Shown: positions 1 to 8,337 of the stretch, piece by piece | How positions within the stretch are numbered: the stretch's first letter is position 1 | How the letters are laid out: each line of letters opens with the position of its first letter | Virus record (IMG/VR): IMGVR_UViG_3300046522_000748 | Length of the DNA stretch: 64,000 nt | Source: a virus | Taxonomy: Duplodnaviria > Heunggongvirae > Uroviricota > Caudoviricetes | Strand: one strand, 5' to 3' | Program-made: the position numbers and the translations under genes | The notes under the pieces: generated by a model | Database searches by the model: none | What the model was told of the DNA's origin: nothing | Seen by the model: only the letters and a program-made list of their open reading frames with translations

Positions 1-430
1 GATCTCCAGGTGCTCATTGCTAAAGACTTGGGCACAAAAATCCCCTACACCTCCATGTTGAATGTGGGTGATGTCGGGGCAATACACCGTCGCTTGGATG
101 GGGCCTGTGCAATGACTGCCAGTGATGTCGAGAGTAAGGGTCTCATCGCAAATACGGCTTTCAATCTGCTGGAGAATTCTTTTTTCAGCGTAAATTTCGA
201 CTTTAAGGTCGTTGCTTTGTATCCATTCAACATCCATTCCACTCTCAAGAATAAGCTTATGAAATGGCGACAATGAGCGAATCTCTGTGTTCATTTCTCC
301 AGGCTCATAATCGTTAGAAGTAAATTTACAACTGTTGATAATTACGACGTGCTCATTTGAAGCTGTACTCATTGATTTTAACATGCGCTGCAAAAACCTC
401 ATTTATGTCCTTGTGTGGAATGAACGGCGA

Positions 431-772
431 TCAGCAATATGAAAAAAGAATTTTGTTGTTTTTCAGTTCATGCAAAATGAAAAATCTATATTCACTGTTA
501 AGCCTTGATAGGAAGCTTAGCAAATTATGGTTGCATTGCTGAACGAATGTTTCCGCCAGATGGTCGCCAAGGAGTTCGCCAAACAAGTAGACCAGCATGT
601 TTCTATTCATGTAATGAGAAAGCCGCTCCAGCATAATCACCTGACCAACGTAGGAAAAGGTTCCGTCGCCAACTAGCCGCTCTTTGTAGGTATCTATGTC
701 TTTTTTGGCGTCTTCGCTGAATTTCTCAAAGCGACTTTTGTCTTGCTTGGATTCTGTTATGCTCATTATCAA
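431..772 (-). CDS. hypothetical protein
   Basis: 113-aa ORF co-oriented with neighbours. Confidence 0.6.
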   Translation of the reverse strand: MIMSITESKQDKSRFEKFSEDAKKDIDTYKERLVGDGTFSYVGQVIMLERLSHYMNRNMLVYLFGELLGDHLAETFVQQCNHNLLSFLSRLNSEYRFFILHELKNNKILFSYC

Positions 773-811
773 TGTCCTTGAACTCTATGTTTCTGGAAGG
801 CTACTCCTGAC

Positions 812-1615
812 TCAGGGCTTCCCAGCTCCGTTAATGTAGGTCTCGTAAGCTGCCAGAAACCCAGGTCGATACTCGGCAACATCGCCTTGTAGGTGGTCTT
901 CAATTGTATCTTGTATCTTGGCATTCCAAAGCATATCGCGATAAGCATTGGAAAATTCATAGGCCAAAAACATTCTATTCACACATTTGAATTTTTCAAT
1001 GTCGTAAATCAGTTCGCCAACGCTGGTGATATGGGTGATCGCCACTCTATTTCCGTTGATAAGATCAATGGTTCGAGGTTTAGTCAGTTTCCCGATTTGC
1101 AGCCTAATGGGTCTATGGATTTCTTCTTCAGAAAACTCATAACCCCAATCATAACGCTGGCCGCTTTTGCTTTTAATTTTATTTATTTCAGAAAATTTGA
1201 AGTTCTTTTCGGTTCGCTCCATACCATCAATATCAAACCTGAAGTACTTCGAGTTATGTTGCTTCCTCTCTACCCAGAATAGTCGATCAACAAGCTCTGC
1301 CAGAACAGTTTCATTACGGTAATTTTTGGCATGTTCTACAGTGTCAAAATCCGTTAGAAATTCAACCATGTGCCGTGGATTATTGAGCCATTCGTTGGTG
1401 GGGGTGGTAATCGTTCGGGCCTCTACAGGCGAATAGCTACCGGCTTGATTGGTCTCAAAACTTAGAATGATCCCGTCTAGCCCGTTATTCTGATAGACAT
1501 CGTTTTTTTCGGAGGTGTACCAAGTCACTGTTTTTTTGAATGGGTTACCATCCTTAAGACTTGTGACTTTAATAGTCGTTGCTGGAGGAATGTCACGTAC
1601 GTCTGAAATTTTCAT
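812..1615 (-). CDS. hypothetical protein
   Basis: 267-aa ORF, ATG start, long for AT-rich DNA. Confidence 0.75.
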   Translation of the reverse strand: MKISDVRDIPPATTIKVTSLKDGNPFKKTVTWYTSEKNDVYQNNGLDGIILSFETNQAGSYSPVEARTITTPTNEWLNNPRHMVEFLTDFDTVEHAKNYRNETVLAELVDRLFWVERKQHNSKYFRFDIDGMERTEKNFKFSEINKIKSKSGQRYDWGYEFSEEEIHRPIRLQIGKLTKPRTIDLINGNRVAITHITSVGELIYDIEKFKCVNRMFLAYEFSNAYRDMLWNAKIQDTIEDHLQGDVAEYRPGFLAAYETYINGAGKP

Positions 1616-1628
1616 TGGCGATCCCTGA

Positions 1629-1832
1629 TCAGCAGAAGGGTGCTATCGATGGAATATCGAAATGGATTGGACTGTCAGACGATGGGCTGCCGGTGCTCTT
1701 CTTTTTATCTGACTTTTTCTTCTGGTTTTTTTCGGAGGTGGTTTTGCTCGACGTGGTGCTGGTGTAATTGCTTGAAGTGTCAGATGGTTCTGAAACATTA
1801 AAATCGAAATCAATTTCCATGGCTTGTCTCAC
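1629..1832 (-). CDS. small Ser/Lys-rich hypothetical protein
   Basis: 67-aa ORF 13 nt upstream of the 812..1615 gene. Confidence 0.45.
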   Translation of the reverse strand: MRQAMEIDFDFNVSEPSDTSSNYTSTTSSKTTSEKNQKKKSDKKKSTGSPSSDSPIHFDIPSIAPFC

Positions 1833-1914
1833 TGTTTTGTTAGGAATTCATGTGATTGGGCATGAGTAACGGAGGGCGCAACAATTAATTATTGTGCTGC
1901 CCCAATACGTGGGC

Positions 1915-2106
1915 TCAGGCATTATCTTTGGGTGGGTATTGCTTGTTGAAGGCGGCAATCATCGCCTCACTGCCCTTCTCGGCTAGCAATTTTCTCGCCC
2001 CCAACAAAACGGGATCATCGTCCTGGACGACGGAGGGGATCTCAAGCATGGTGTAAGGCCCGCGCTTTACGGCCTTGATCATTGTTTTTGGTTCATTATT
2101 TTCCAT
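1915..2106 (-). CDS. hypothetical protein
   Basis: Start re-assigned to MENNEPK (2106), overlapping the end of the upstream gene. Confidence 0.55.
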   Translation of the reverse strand: MENNEPKTMIKAVKRGPYTMLEIPSVVQDDDPVLLGARKLLAEKGSEAMIAAFNKQYPPKDNA

Positions 2107-2374
2107 AACTGGCCCACGCAGGTTGAATCGCGATGATGGTGTAGTGGCAGCCCAAGGCGTCACCGATGGAGTGTGAAAATGCGCGCCATCCTTTACGGTT
2201 GGAGCCATCGTGATCAGGCTCATCGCCGTAATCGGTTTCTTTCAACCAGATTGTCGCCAGTTGTGCTGCGCCAAAAGGATTGATGTCTCGGCCAAGTGGT
2301 TCTGAATGCCGGTCTTCATGCCAGAGAAAGATCATGGTAGGCACGCCATCGGCGTCCTCAATCAACCGTGTCAT
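2096..2374 (-). CDS. conserved phage/plasmid hypothetical protein, C-terminal part (DYGDEPDHDG...AIQPAWASYGK)
   Basis: Motif recalled from a mobile-element family; possibly the second half of a split gene. Confidence 0.65.
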   Translation of the reverse strand: MTRLIEDADGVPTMIFLWHEDRHSEPLGRDINPFGAAQLATIWLKETDYGDEPDHDGSNRKGWRAFSHSIGDALGCHYTIIAIQPAWASYGK

Positions 2375-2499
2375 CGGGTCTTCTCCTTGAGCTTGGCATA
2401 ACGAACGTGAGCCGCCTTGCCACCCGTCATGGCCAAGCGGATGACCAATTCAAGTTCTTGGTCGCCGATTGAGGTTACATCGATAGAAAGGTTATCCAA
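2371..2499 (-). CDS. 42-aa ORF (MDNLSIDVTSIG...), probable N-terminal part of the same family
   Basis: TTG start after AGGTGG; stop overlaps next start (ATGA); not in ORF track. Confidence 0.45.
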   Translation of the reverse strand: MDNLSIDVTSIGDQELELVIRLAMTGGKAAHVRYAKLKEKTR

Positions 2500-2526
2500 T
2501 GGAGCCACCTGTTCAATGTGAAGAAA

Positions 2527-2556
2527 TAAAAAAAGACCCGTCAGTGCGGGTCTTTT
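2527..2556 (-). terminator. intrinsic terminator of the candidate ncRNA
   Basis: AAAAGACCCG-tcagtg-CGGGTCTTTT hairpin followed by a U-run on the minus strand. Confidence 0.8.
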
Positions 2557-3080
2557 GGTCGAAGCCTTCCCGCCAGCTTCGTATTTTATCTAACATTCAG
2601 TCCTTCAGGCGTCTTAGCGGCTACGCCACCATTGGATCGGCTGTCGTTCTGGTGTCGCGGGTAACTCTGTTCGCGCATAGAGGCTTTGCCGACTCCGGCT
2701 CCGCCTTTGGGTATCGCTACTTGAAGCTGATTAGTGCCTCCGACAACCAAGATTCCGGTCTCTCAGTTGTTTTCGAGCTTCGAATTCCACAGGAACATGT
2801 GGATTTAATTCGACTGGGGCGTGACACGCAACAGGTCGAAACCTGAAGGATCATCTCTCTGCTATCCTGCGCACCTTCGACTCACAGGAGTGTTAGTCCC
2901 TCTGACCGCATTTGCCAGAGCCTATCTGCTAAACACATGGAATCATCCAGGTGTTGCTGGTCTACTAGGTCAGCACAGCGTTGACCTCATTACCACTCCC
3001 AGCCGTCGCCATGGAGTTTACGACCCTTGGCAGGGATTAACGGCAAAACAGCCAGCCATCAACCATCTGTTTCCTGCTTG
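2527..3080 (-). ncRNA. candidate large (~550 nt) structured non-coding RNA
   Basis: Own promoter and terminator, no sense ORF of 60 aa or more in the track, many helices including CAGGU-UUCG-ACCUG and a 9-bp long-range pair 2601-2609/2842-2850. Confidence 0.7.
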
Positions 3081-3086
3081 ACTTAC

Positions 3087-3115
3087 AATATATCGATCAG
3101 AACATCGCCTGTCAA
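3087..3115 (-). promoter_or_regulatory. sigma70 promoter for the candidate ncRNA
   Basis: TTGACA (3115-3110), 17 nt, TATATT (3092-3087). Confidence 0.8.
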
Positions 3116-3128
3116 CGTTTAAAGCTTA

Positions 3129-4388
3129 TTATTTCTCAAAAATCTGAGATAACGTTGCATCGAATAGTGTCAGGACGGTGGCGTGCTGTTCATATGCGCG
3201 GGCACTGACTTGTCCAATCCTAGCGTCCTCGACGGCAAATCCTGGTAGCTGATGAAGGTAGAGATTAATTTTCTCAATTAGACCACTAGAAATCTTATGG
3301 TCAAAGCTTAATTCAGCAAAATTATCAAGAGTGGCATAGCTTCTAAATGCATCGATATCGAGGGTTGCTCCATGAACATCTCGCCTATATACGAGATAGG
3401 AAGTCAGCCCTGACAGAAAACTTGAAACTCTGGACTTCCAAATATAATCAACGTTCTTTTCATCCAGCGCATCCATGAACAAATCGCGTATTTGCAGGGC
3501 CGTTCTGTGTTTCATCCGTGAGCACTCATCCTGTGATTCCTTCGCTCTATTTGGAGTCATAGGAGCGCATTCTGAATCGATATTGTTCAGAGCAGATTCA
3601 ATGTGCTCGTTTAGCTTATGTAATTCGAACGGATTTGCTTTTAGGAAAAATCTGGCCACGTCCAGTTCTGATGAGTTTTTTTGCCTGTAGTTCTTTTCAA
3701 CATGATTGAGCAAATGTGGTTCAAGCTCATTAAAAAATGAACGAGCTGCATCTTGAAAATGGAACATCCATGATTGTTCAAGGGTCCAGCGCATCAGTTC
3801 GTCTTCTTTACACGTTTTATTTCTTGTTACCTGTGACACATAGTTTTGCGCTCTAGCTCCATGCTTGTTATAGGCTTCATTCAAAAGATCCGGATCTAAA
3901 GATTCAAGATAGTTATTAGCTTGAAATGATTCAAAGCTAACACTTCCCTTTAGATAAGGATTAACAATTTCTGTATAGTAAATTTCACTGTCGATTATGT
4001 GATCGAATAGTGTCGGCTGAAGCCCTGGCTTGTTGGTCAACGAGCCGTGATACTTCAAAATCCAATCCTTGATACAGAACCCGATTAGCGGTTTTTTCTT
4101 ACCAAATTCAATATGGGCCATTTTTCGCAAAACCTCAACAAAATAGGCCATGGCTTTACTTGGCTCATGGATATTATCTGGTGATCTCTTATCGAGTTTT
4201 CCCGGCTTGGATTTAAGGGGTATGAAAGAAGCTTTAAACGCTTGCGCAGATTTAAAGCCTTTGTGCTTTGCCATTGCATTGAGGACTTGAGATCCCTTTA
4301 TAGCGGTGCCTTCAGGTAGGTTTTTTGCAACGCCATGAGCCAAAGACGAATAGTCCTCGAAGCTCAGCGTGGAGAGATTGCTTGTCAT
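3129..4388 (-). CDS. fusion protein: N-terminal small helical domain (Glyoxalase_8-like) plus C-terminal DotL/IcmO all-alpha-like domain
   Basis: N-term IKGSQVLNAMAKHKGFKSAQAF; C-term IWKSR..LVYRRD..GATLD..YLHQLPGF..QV..EQH. Confidence 0.75.
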   Translation of the reverse strand: MTSNLSTLSFEDYSSLAHGVAKNLPEGTAIKGSQVLNAMAKHKGFKSAQAFKASFIPLKSKPGKLDKRSPDNIHEPSKAMAYFVEVLRKMAHIEFGKKKPLIGFCIKDWILKYHGSLTNKPGLQPTLFDHIIDSEIYYTEIVNPYLKGSVSFESFQANNYLESLDPDLLNEAYNKHGARAQNYVSQVTRNKTCKEDELMRWTLEQSWMFHFQDAARSFFNELEPHLLNHVEKNYRQKNSSELDVARFFLKANPFELHKLNEHIESALNNIDSECAPMTPNRAKESQDECSRMKHRTALQIRDLFMDALDEKNVDYIWKSRVSSFLSGLTSYLVYRRDVHGATLDIDAFRSYATLDNFAELSFDHKISSGLIEKINLYLHQLPGFAVEDARIGQVSARAYEQHATVLTLFDATLSQIFEK

Positions 4389-4552
4389 AACAGATCCTTG
4401 GAATCCGCATTCGTTGTAGTGCCTCCGTTACCACATGCAGATTCAATAAGAATAAGTCATGAGTTTAAGAATTCCATTGAGCTATTTACCAAGATGGAGG
4501 CGGTAGGTCGCTAACCGATTATCAATATACCAAGCTGTAAATTAATATTCAA
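4389..4552 (-). promoter_or_regulatory. promoter plus structured 5' leader (motif copy A)
   Basis: TTGAAT-17-TATATT at 4552-4524; GCCTCC/GGAGGC closing stem; CATGACT..GCATG; shared with 25661-25879. Confidence 0.6.
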
Positions 4553-4573
4553 GTATAGCGACCGTTTGAATGC

Positions 4574-4927
4574 TTACTTCTTTTCGGGATCACAGAAGCT
4601 GGCAACTTCAATATCATAATCGCCAGTTTTTTCATTTTTAACGATGGACTTCAGATACTGCTGACAGAAAACCGGCCTGTCGTTCTCGGTGGAACGGATT
4701 TTATACAGCTTCAGACGATTTCCGGCCACGTCGCCCTCAATAAAAGAGACGTTATTCAGTGCGGGAGCGCTGTTAATTTCTAGCCCTGGGGTGGCGGGTG
4801 CCAATGCAGGTGTTGCTGCTTGAACTTCAGGTGCCTGTCGGTTCTGATGAGCACAGCCGGATAATATGAGCACCAAAAAAGCTGCGCCGAGGGTTGTGAT
4901 CGATTTTGCGCCGCATAAATTCAACAT
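4574..4927 (-). CDS. putative lipoprotein
   Basis: Hydrophobic signal ending in LSGC lipobox, then Pro/Ala linker. Confidence 0.7.
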   Translation of the reverse strand: MLNLCGAKSITTLGAAFLVLILSGCAHQNRQAPEVQAATPALAPATPGLEINSAPALNNVSFIEGDVAGNRLKLYKIRSTENDRPVFCQQYLKSIVKNEKTGDYDIEVASFCDPEKK

Positions 4928-4951
4928 CTTAATTCCTCTGAGTTATAGATA

Positions 4952-5548
4952 TTACATTCCGCTAATTACGAAAAGTGGGTCGAAAAATACCGTTCTGATC
5001 TTGTAATCGATGTGTTCGTCATACAAATGTCCCAAATAGATCGGGCTGATTTGATTGATGACCGTATGCAGCTGCTTGATGTGCTCAAGGCCATTATTTT
5101 TTGCATCGTCAGGCAATTCCCAGGCGGTCGCGATCTTGATGAACGCTGCTTCTGTTTGGGTTTGATCGCAAAAAAGAGGAATGCCATGAGTTGACTCAAC
5201 TATTTGCTTGTTGAGCCAGCTGAAAATATCTGATTGTGAGTCCGTGTCAGTGTTCGTTGGCTTGGGGTGCTGATACTGAACCCAGAAGGTAGAAATCAGG
5301 CTGCCGTTGTCGATATGCATATCTAGACACAGGCTGTATCGCGTATCAAACAGCGTGACCCCATCACCATCAAAGCGATCAAGATTTTTACTTTCACCCA
5401 AAAACACATCCAAGGTGAAATAGCCGCAACTCTCTTCATCCAAATCGGTGGAACTGGTGCCTTTCAGTGAGTCAAAAAGCGCTTTATGGTCATTGATGAG
5501 CATTCGAAGATATTGATGTGCAGACATTCTGGACTTCATGTGACCCAC
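4952..5548 (-). CDS. hypothetical protein
   Basis: 198-aa ORF. Confidence 0.7.
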   Translation of the reverse strand: MGHMKSRMSAHQYLRMLINDHKALFDSLKGTSSTDLDEESCGYFTLDVFLGESKNLDRFDGDGVTLFDTRYSLCLDMHIDNGSLISTFWVQYQHPKPTNTDTDSQSDIFSWLNKQIVESTHGIPLFCDQTQTEAAFIKIATAWELPDDAKNNGLEHIKQLHTVINQISPIYLGHLYDEHIDYKIRTVFFDPLFVISGM

Positions 5549-5575
5549 CTTGGATGTTGATATTTTCGTGGTTAC

Positions 5576-5602
5576 AAAAAAGCCCCATTACGGGGCTTTT
5601 TG
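5576..5602. terminator. bidirectional intrinsic terminator
   Basis: AAAAAAGCCCC-atta-c-GGGGCTTTTT. Confidence 0.75.
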
Positions 5603-5658
5603 GATGAACGGCATTTTGCCATGATGTGGCTGACAGATGCCTGTTCAGTAGTTTTTAA

Positions 5659-5958
5659 TCAGGCAGCACTCGATTGGGAGCTTTGTGCGAAGATTTCACG
5701 AACGCGACCGACGATGGCCTGGGTGAAATGCTTCAGCGGCTGATCCTTGTAAGCGTCTGCCAGTGGCATGCCATCGGCTTCCAGGTTCAGCGAGGCGGAC
5801 AGGCCGGTGTAGAACTTGCGTTCCTTCTCTTCGGACATGCCGTAGGTGGCTTGCCAGTATTGACGGCCAGCCATGATGTCTTCGACGATGGTGACTTCTT
5901 TTGCAGAGGCGTTGCGGTAAAATTCACTGGCGCGTTGTTTGTCGGCAGCAGATTTCAT
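5659..5958 (-). CDS. hypothetical protein
   Basis: 99-aa ORF with AAGGGA RBS, own promoter and terminator. Confidence 0.75.
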   Translation of the reverse strand: MKSAADKQRASEFYRNASAKEVTIVEDIMAGRQYWQATYGMSEEKERKFYTGLSASLNLEADGMPLADAYKDQPLKHFTQAIVGRVREIFAQSSQSSAA

Positions 5959-6113
5959 GTAGTGTTCCCTTGAGCGGATTCTGTAATGGTAGCGGCAGGA
6001 TATTCTGACGCATGATTGGGTAATTCGTTGTCTTCCGATGTTGGCGAGGTGGTTTCGTTTACCCTTCTCGCCTTTCGTGTTTCCAGTATATTAATGCTTA
6101 ATCACACTGTCAA
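5959..6113 (-). promoter_or_regulatory. promoter plus ~120-nt structured leader
   Basis: TTGACA (6113-6108)-17-TATACT (6090-6085); GGCGAG/CTCGCC stem; GGGTAA/TTACCC crossing pair. Confidence 0.55.
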
Positions 6114-6139
6114 CAGCATATTTCGATTATTCGATATTA

Positions 6140-6922
6140 TTATGCGGTTTCACCGATCAGCTGCTCCAGCGTGTAGAGGATGGCCTCTTCGTTCCGGTAC
6201 AGGCCGTGATCGATGTAACGGTTATTGGCTACACGAAATGGCCCACCGTCTTGCTGTGGGACAATTGAATGGCCACACACAAGGTACGGAATGCCGTCTG
6301 TAATGTAAGCATGCGATTCAGAATCCTTATTCAGCTCGGCGGCTTTGATTTTTGTGCGGCCCCATAGGCACTGGTGCAGCAGGTCGCTGTTTTGAGTGCT
6401 TAGAGATGATACAAAGTCCCATGGCAGTTCTTGCAACATTACCGCCAACTCCGTCCAGCTGGAGCCCATAGGCACTTCGCCATGAATGAGGCCGAGCAGT
6501 GGTGTCCCGTCATGATCCTGGTATTCGATGGCAATTGGAAGATACTTGATCGTTTCAATGAAATCTTCAAGCACCGCTCGTTTCTGATTCTCGATCCACT
6601 CTCCCCCATTGTTGTAGGAGATCCTGGAGTCTTTATCTTCACGGGAGTAATCGTGCATCAACACCTGACGGGCTGCGTGGGAGGTTACGCAGTCGTGATT
6701 ACCCTGAACCGCAAGAGCCCATCCTTCTTTAAGCAAGTCCGCTATACGATGGCTCTCTGGGCCTCTATCGCATAGATCCCCTGCCAAAAAAAGCCGGTCT
6801 TTGGATTTATCAAAACCAACACGTTCGAGTGCTTCTTCAATTTTAGAGATGCACCCATGCGCATCACCTGACCAGTAATCAGTCCCTTTGGTGTTGCGTT
6901 TCACTTCCATGAATTTCGTCAT
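6140..6922 (-). CDS. metallophosphoesterase, lambda NinI/PphA-like Ser/Thr protein phosphatase
   Basis: GDAHG, GDLCDRGP, GNHD, IHG and CGHS motifs. Confidence 0.9.
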   Translation of the reverse strand: MTKFMEVKRNTKGTDYWSGDAHGCISKIEEALERVGFDKSKDRLFLAGDLCDRGPESHRIADLLKEGWALAVQGNHDCVTSHAARQVLMHDYSREDKDSRISYNNGGEWIENQKRAVLEDFIETIKYLPIAIEYQDHDGTPLLGLIHGEVPMGSSWTELAVMLQELPWDFVSSLSTQNSDLLHQCLWGRTKIKAAELNKDSESHAYITDGIPYLVCGHSIVPQQDGGPFRVANNRYIDHGLYRNEEAILYTLEQLIGETA

Positions 6923-6937
6923 TAATTTAAACCTTGA

Positions 6938-7477
6938 TTATTGCTCGCCGGTAAATTGTACGGCACCCCAGCAGAAGGTCAATGCCAAAGCCAAGGCGCA
7001 GGATTTTAGTAGCCATGCGCAGCCACACACTAGCACTTGCTGGCGTCTCAACCGGCGCATTTCATCCTTCGTGGCCTGAATGATCTTGCTGGAAAAGCGA
7101 TTCCCCCGATTACAGAGGACACGGCACGAGTCCTCTACTTCGCAGCGTTGCACCTTGGCCATGACAGCGTACAAGCCTGAAAGGCCAACGACTCGATAGT
7201 AGGTTCGAGGGCCAACCTTGGCGGACAGCGTGTCCTTAATGCTCAGCAGGTTTCCACCAGCCATCCTTGTCATTGATGCCGCCACTTCTTGTGCTTGTGA
7301 GGCTGTCCGATACCATGAGGTTTCAATCGGTTCGTCGATGGTCAGCTTCTCGCCCTGGGTCAGTACAAATGGCCCATCTGAAATCATGAAGTGCTTACCG
7401 ACGATGCGAGCATCGTCAAAATCATCCGGCGGGGGTTGCTCTGTGCGACTTACTGCTTGTTCTGCGTTGAGGGTCAT
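6938..7477 (-). CDS. hypothetical membrane-anchored protein
   Basis: C-terminal hydrophobic helix; start MTLNAEQ. Confidence 0.6.
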   Translation of the reverse strand: MTLNAEQAVSRTEQPPPDDFDDARIVGKHFMISDGPFVLTQGEKLTIDEPIETSWYRTASQAQEVAASMTRMAGGNLLSIKDTLSAKVGPRTYYRVVGLSGLYAVMAKVQRCEVEDSCRVLCNRGNRFSSKIIQATKDEMRRLRRQQVLVCGCAWLLKSCALALALTFCWGAVQFTGEQ

Positions 7478-7491
7478 CAAAAAACCATGGA

Positions 7492-7989
7492 TTAAATGTA
7501 ATTGAACGTTTTTAGTGCGTAGAAGGCGGCGGCGATTGGGGCAAGAAGCGCGCACGCCTCGATCAAACGGAAGCCAAAGATCTGCGCGTTTTGATAGTCA
7601 ACAATTTGCTTCATGAGTGAAGGTGTCCACTCAAGCAAATTTCTTTTGTGCTCTTCCAGGTACTCGGTCGCTTCACGGGCTTGGGCCTCAGTCCCCGTCC
7701 GCTGTGTCGAGCAGATCGAGATGGTGGCGCTGGCGCGATAATAGTGCCAGAAGAAAAGCACTACTTTTGTGTCCAGGGTGTGATCGCTAAAGGCGGTGGC
7801 ACGGTAACGTTTGCCTGTTTCGAATACATATTCCCAGGCACCGAAAAGGTTGCGGCGCCACGGAGACTGAAGCACTGTACTGCATTCAATTCTCTGCCCT
7901 TCTGGTACAACCAGCGGTTCTTCATGAGTGACGATCTGTGCTTCGTTCTTTTTCCAAAATACAACTGAATCTGGCGCTTCTTGCGTCAT
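7492..7989 (-). CDS. hypothetical membrane-anchored protein
   Basis: C-terminal hydrophobic helix; start MTQEAPD after AGGAAG. Confidence 0.6.
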   Translation of the reverse strand: MTQEAPDSVVFWKKNEAQIVTHEEPLVVPEGQRIECSTVLQSPWRRNLFGAWEYVFETGKRYRATAFSDHTLDTKVVLFFWHYYRASATISICSTQRTGTEAQAREATEYLEEHKRNLLEWTPSLMKQIVDYQNAQIFGFRLIEACALLAPIAAAFYALKTFNYI

Positions 7990-8018
7990 GATGGAAACTT
8001 CCTGGCTGGAGCGTCGGA

Positions 8019-8225
8019 TTAAGGTTCGTACTTTTGGGTAAAGTCGTTGTTGTCCAGCGCCCATTGAGCGGCTTCGCGGGTTTGGTAGTATTCTTCCGAT
8101 TCGCGAGAGCATGGCCCTGAATCATCAAAGGTGCCGATGTAAAAGCCAGCCCCGCTTTCGAGGACTTTGAGCGGAAGCCGCTGTTTCAGGAATTCGTAAG
8201 CCAGTTTGCCATGAGGAACGTGCAT
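8019..8225 (-). CDS. conserved plasmid/ICE hypothetical protein
   Basis: LPLKVLESGAGFYIGT..GPCSRES.EYY motif recalled from conjugative elements; GAGGTG RBS. Confidence 0.8.
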   Translation of the reverse strand: MHVPHGKLAYEFLKQRLPLKVLESGAGFYIGTFDDSGPCSRESEEYYQTREAAQWALDNNDFTQKYEP

Positions 8226-8255
8226 GTCGTAAACACCTCAATAATTTATATGGAT

Positions 8256-8295
8256 ATTATACCAAAAAGCGCCACCCATGTCAATTGTGTTGACT
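8256..8295 (-). promoter_or_regulatory. sigma70 promoter with operator TGTCA-N7-TGACT (8279-8295)
   Basis: TTGACA-17-TATAAT. Confidence 0.75.
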
Positions 8296-8337
8296 TGAGT
8301 GGCGCTATTCAAGGTGCCTTTGTGGCAAGCTTGGCGA

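Noticed and set aside
2499-3081. Plus-strand ORFs 2499..2846 and 2821..3081
   Set aside because: Antisense to a clear promoter-terminator unit, no convincing RBS, unnatural composition; better explained as shadow ORFs of the candidate ncRNA
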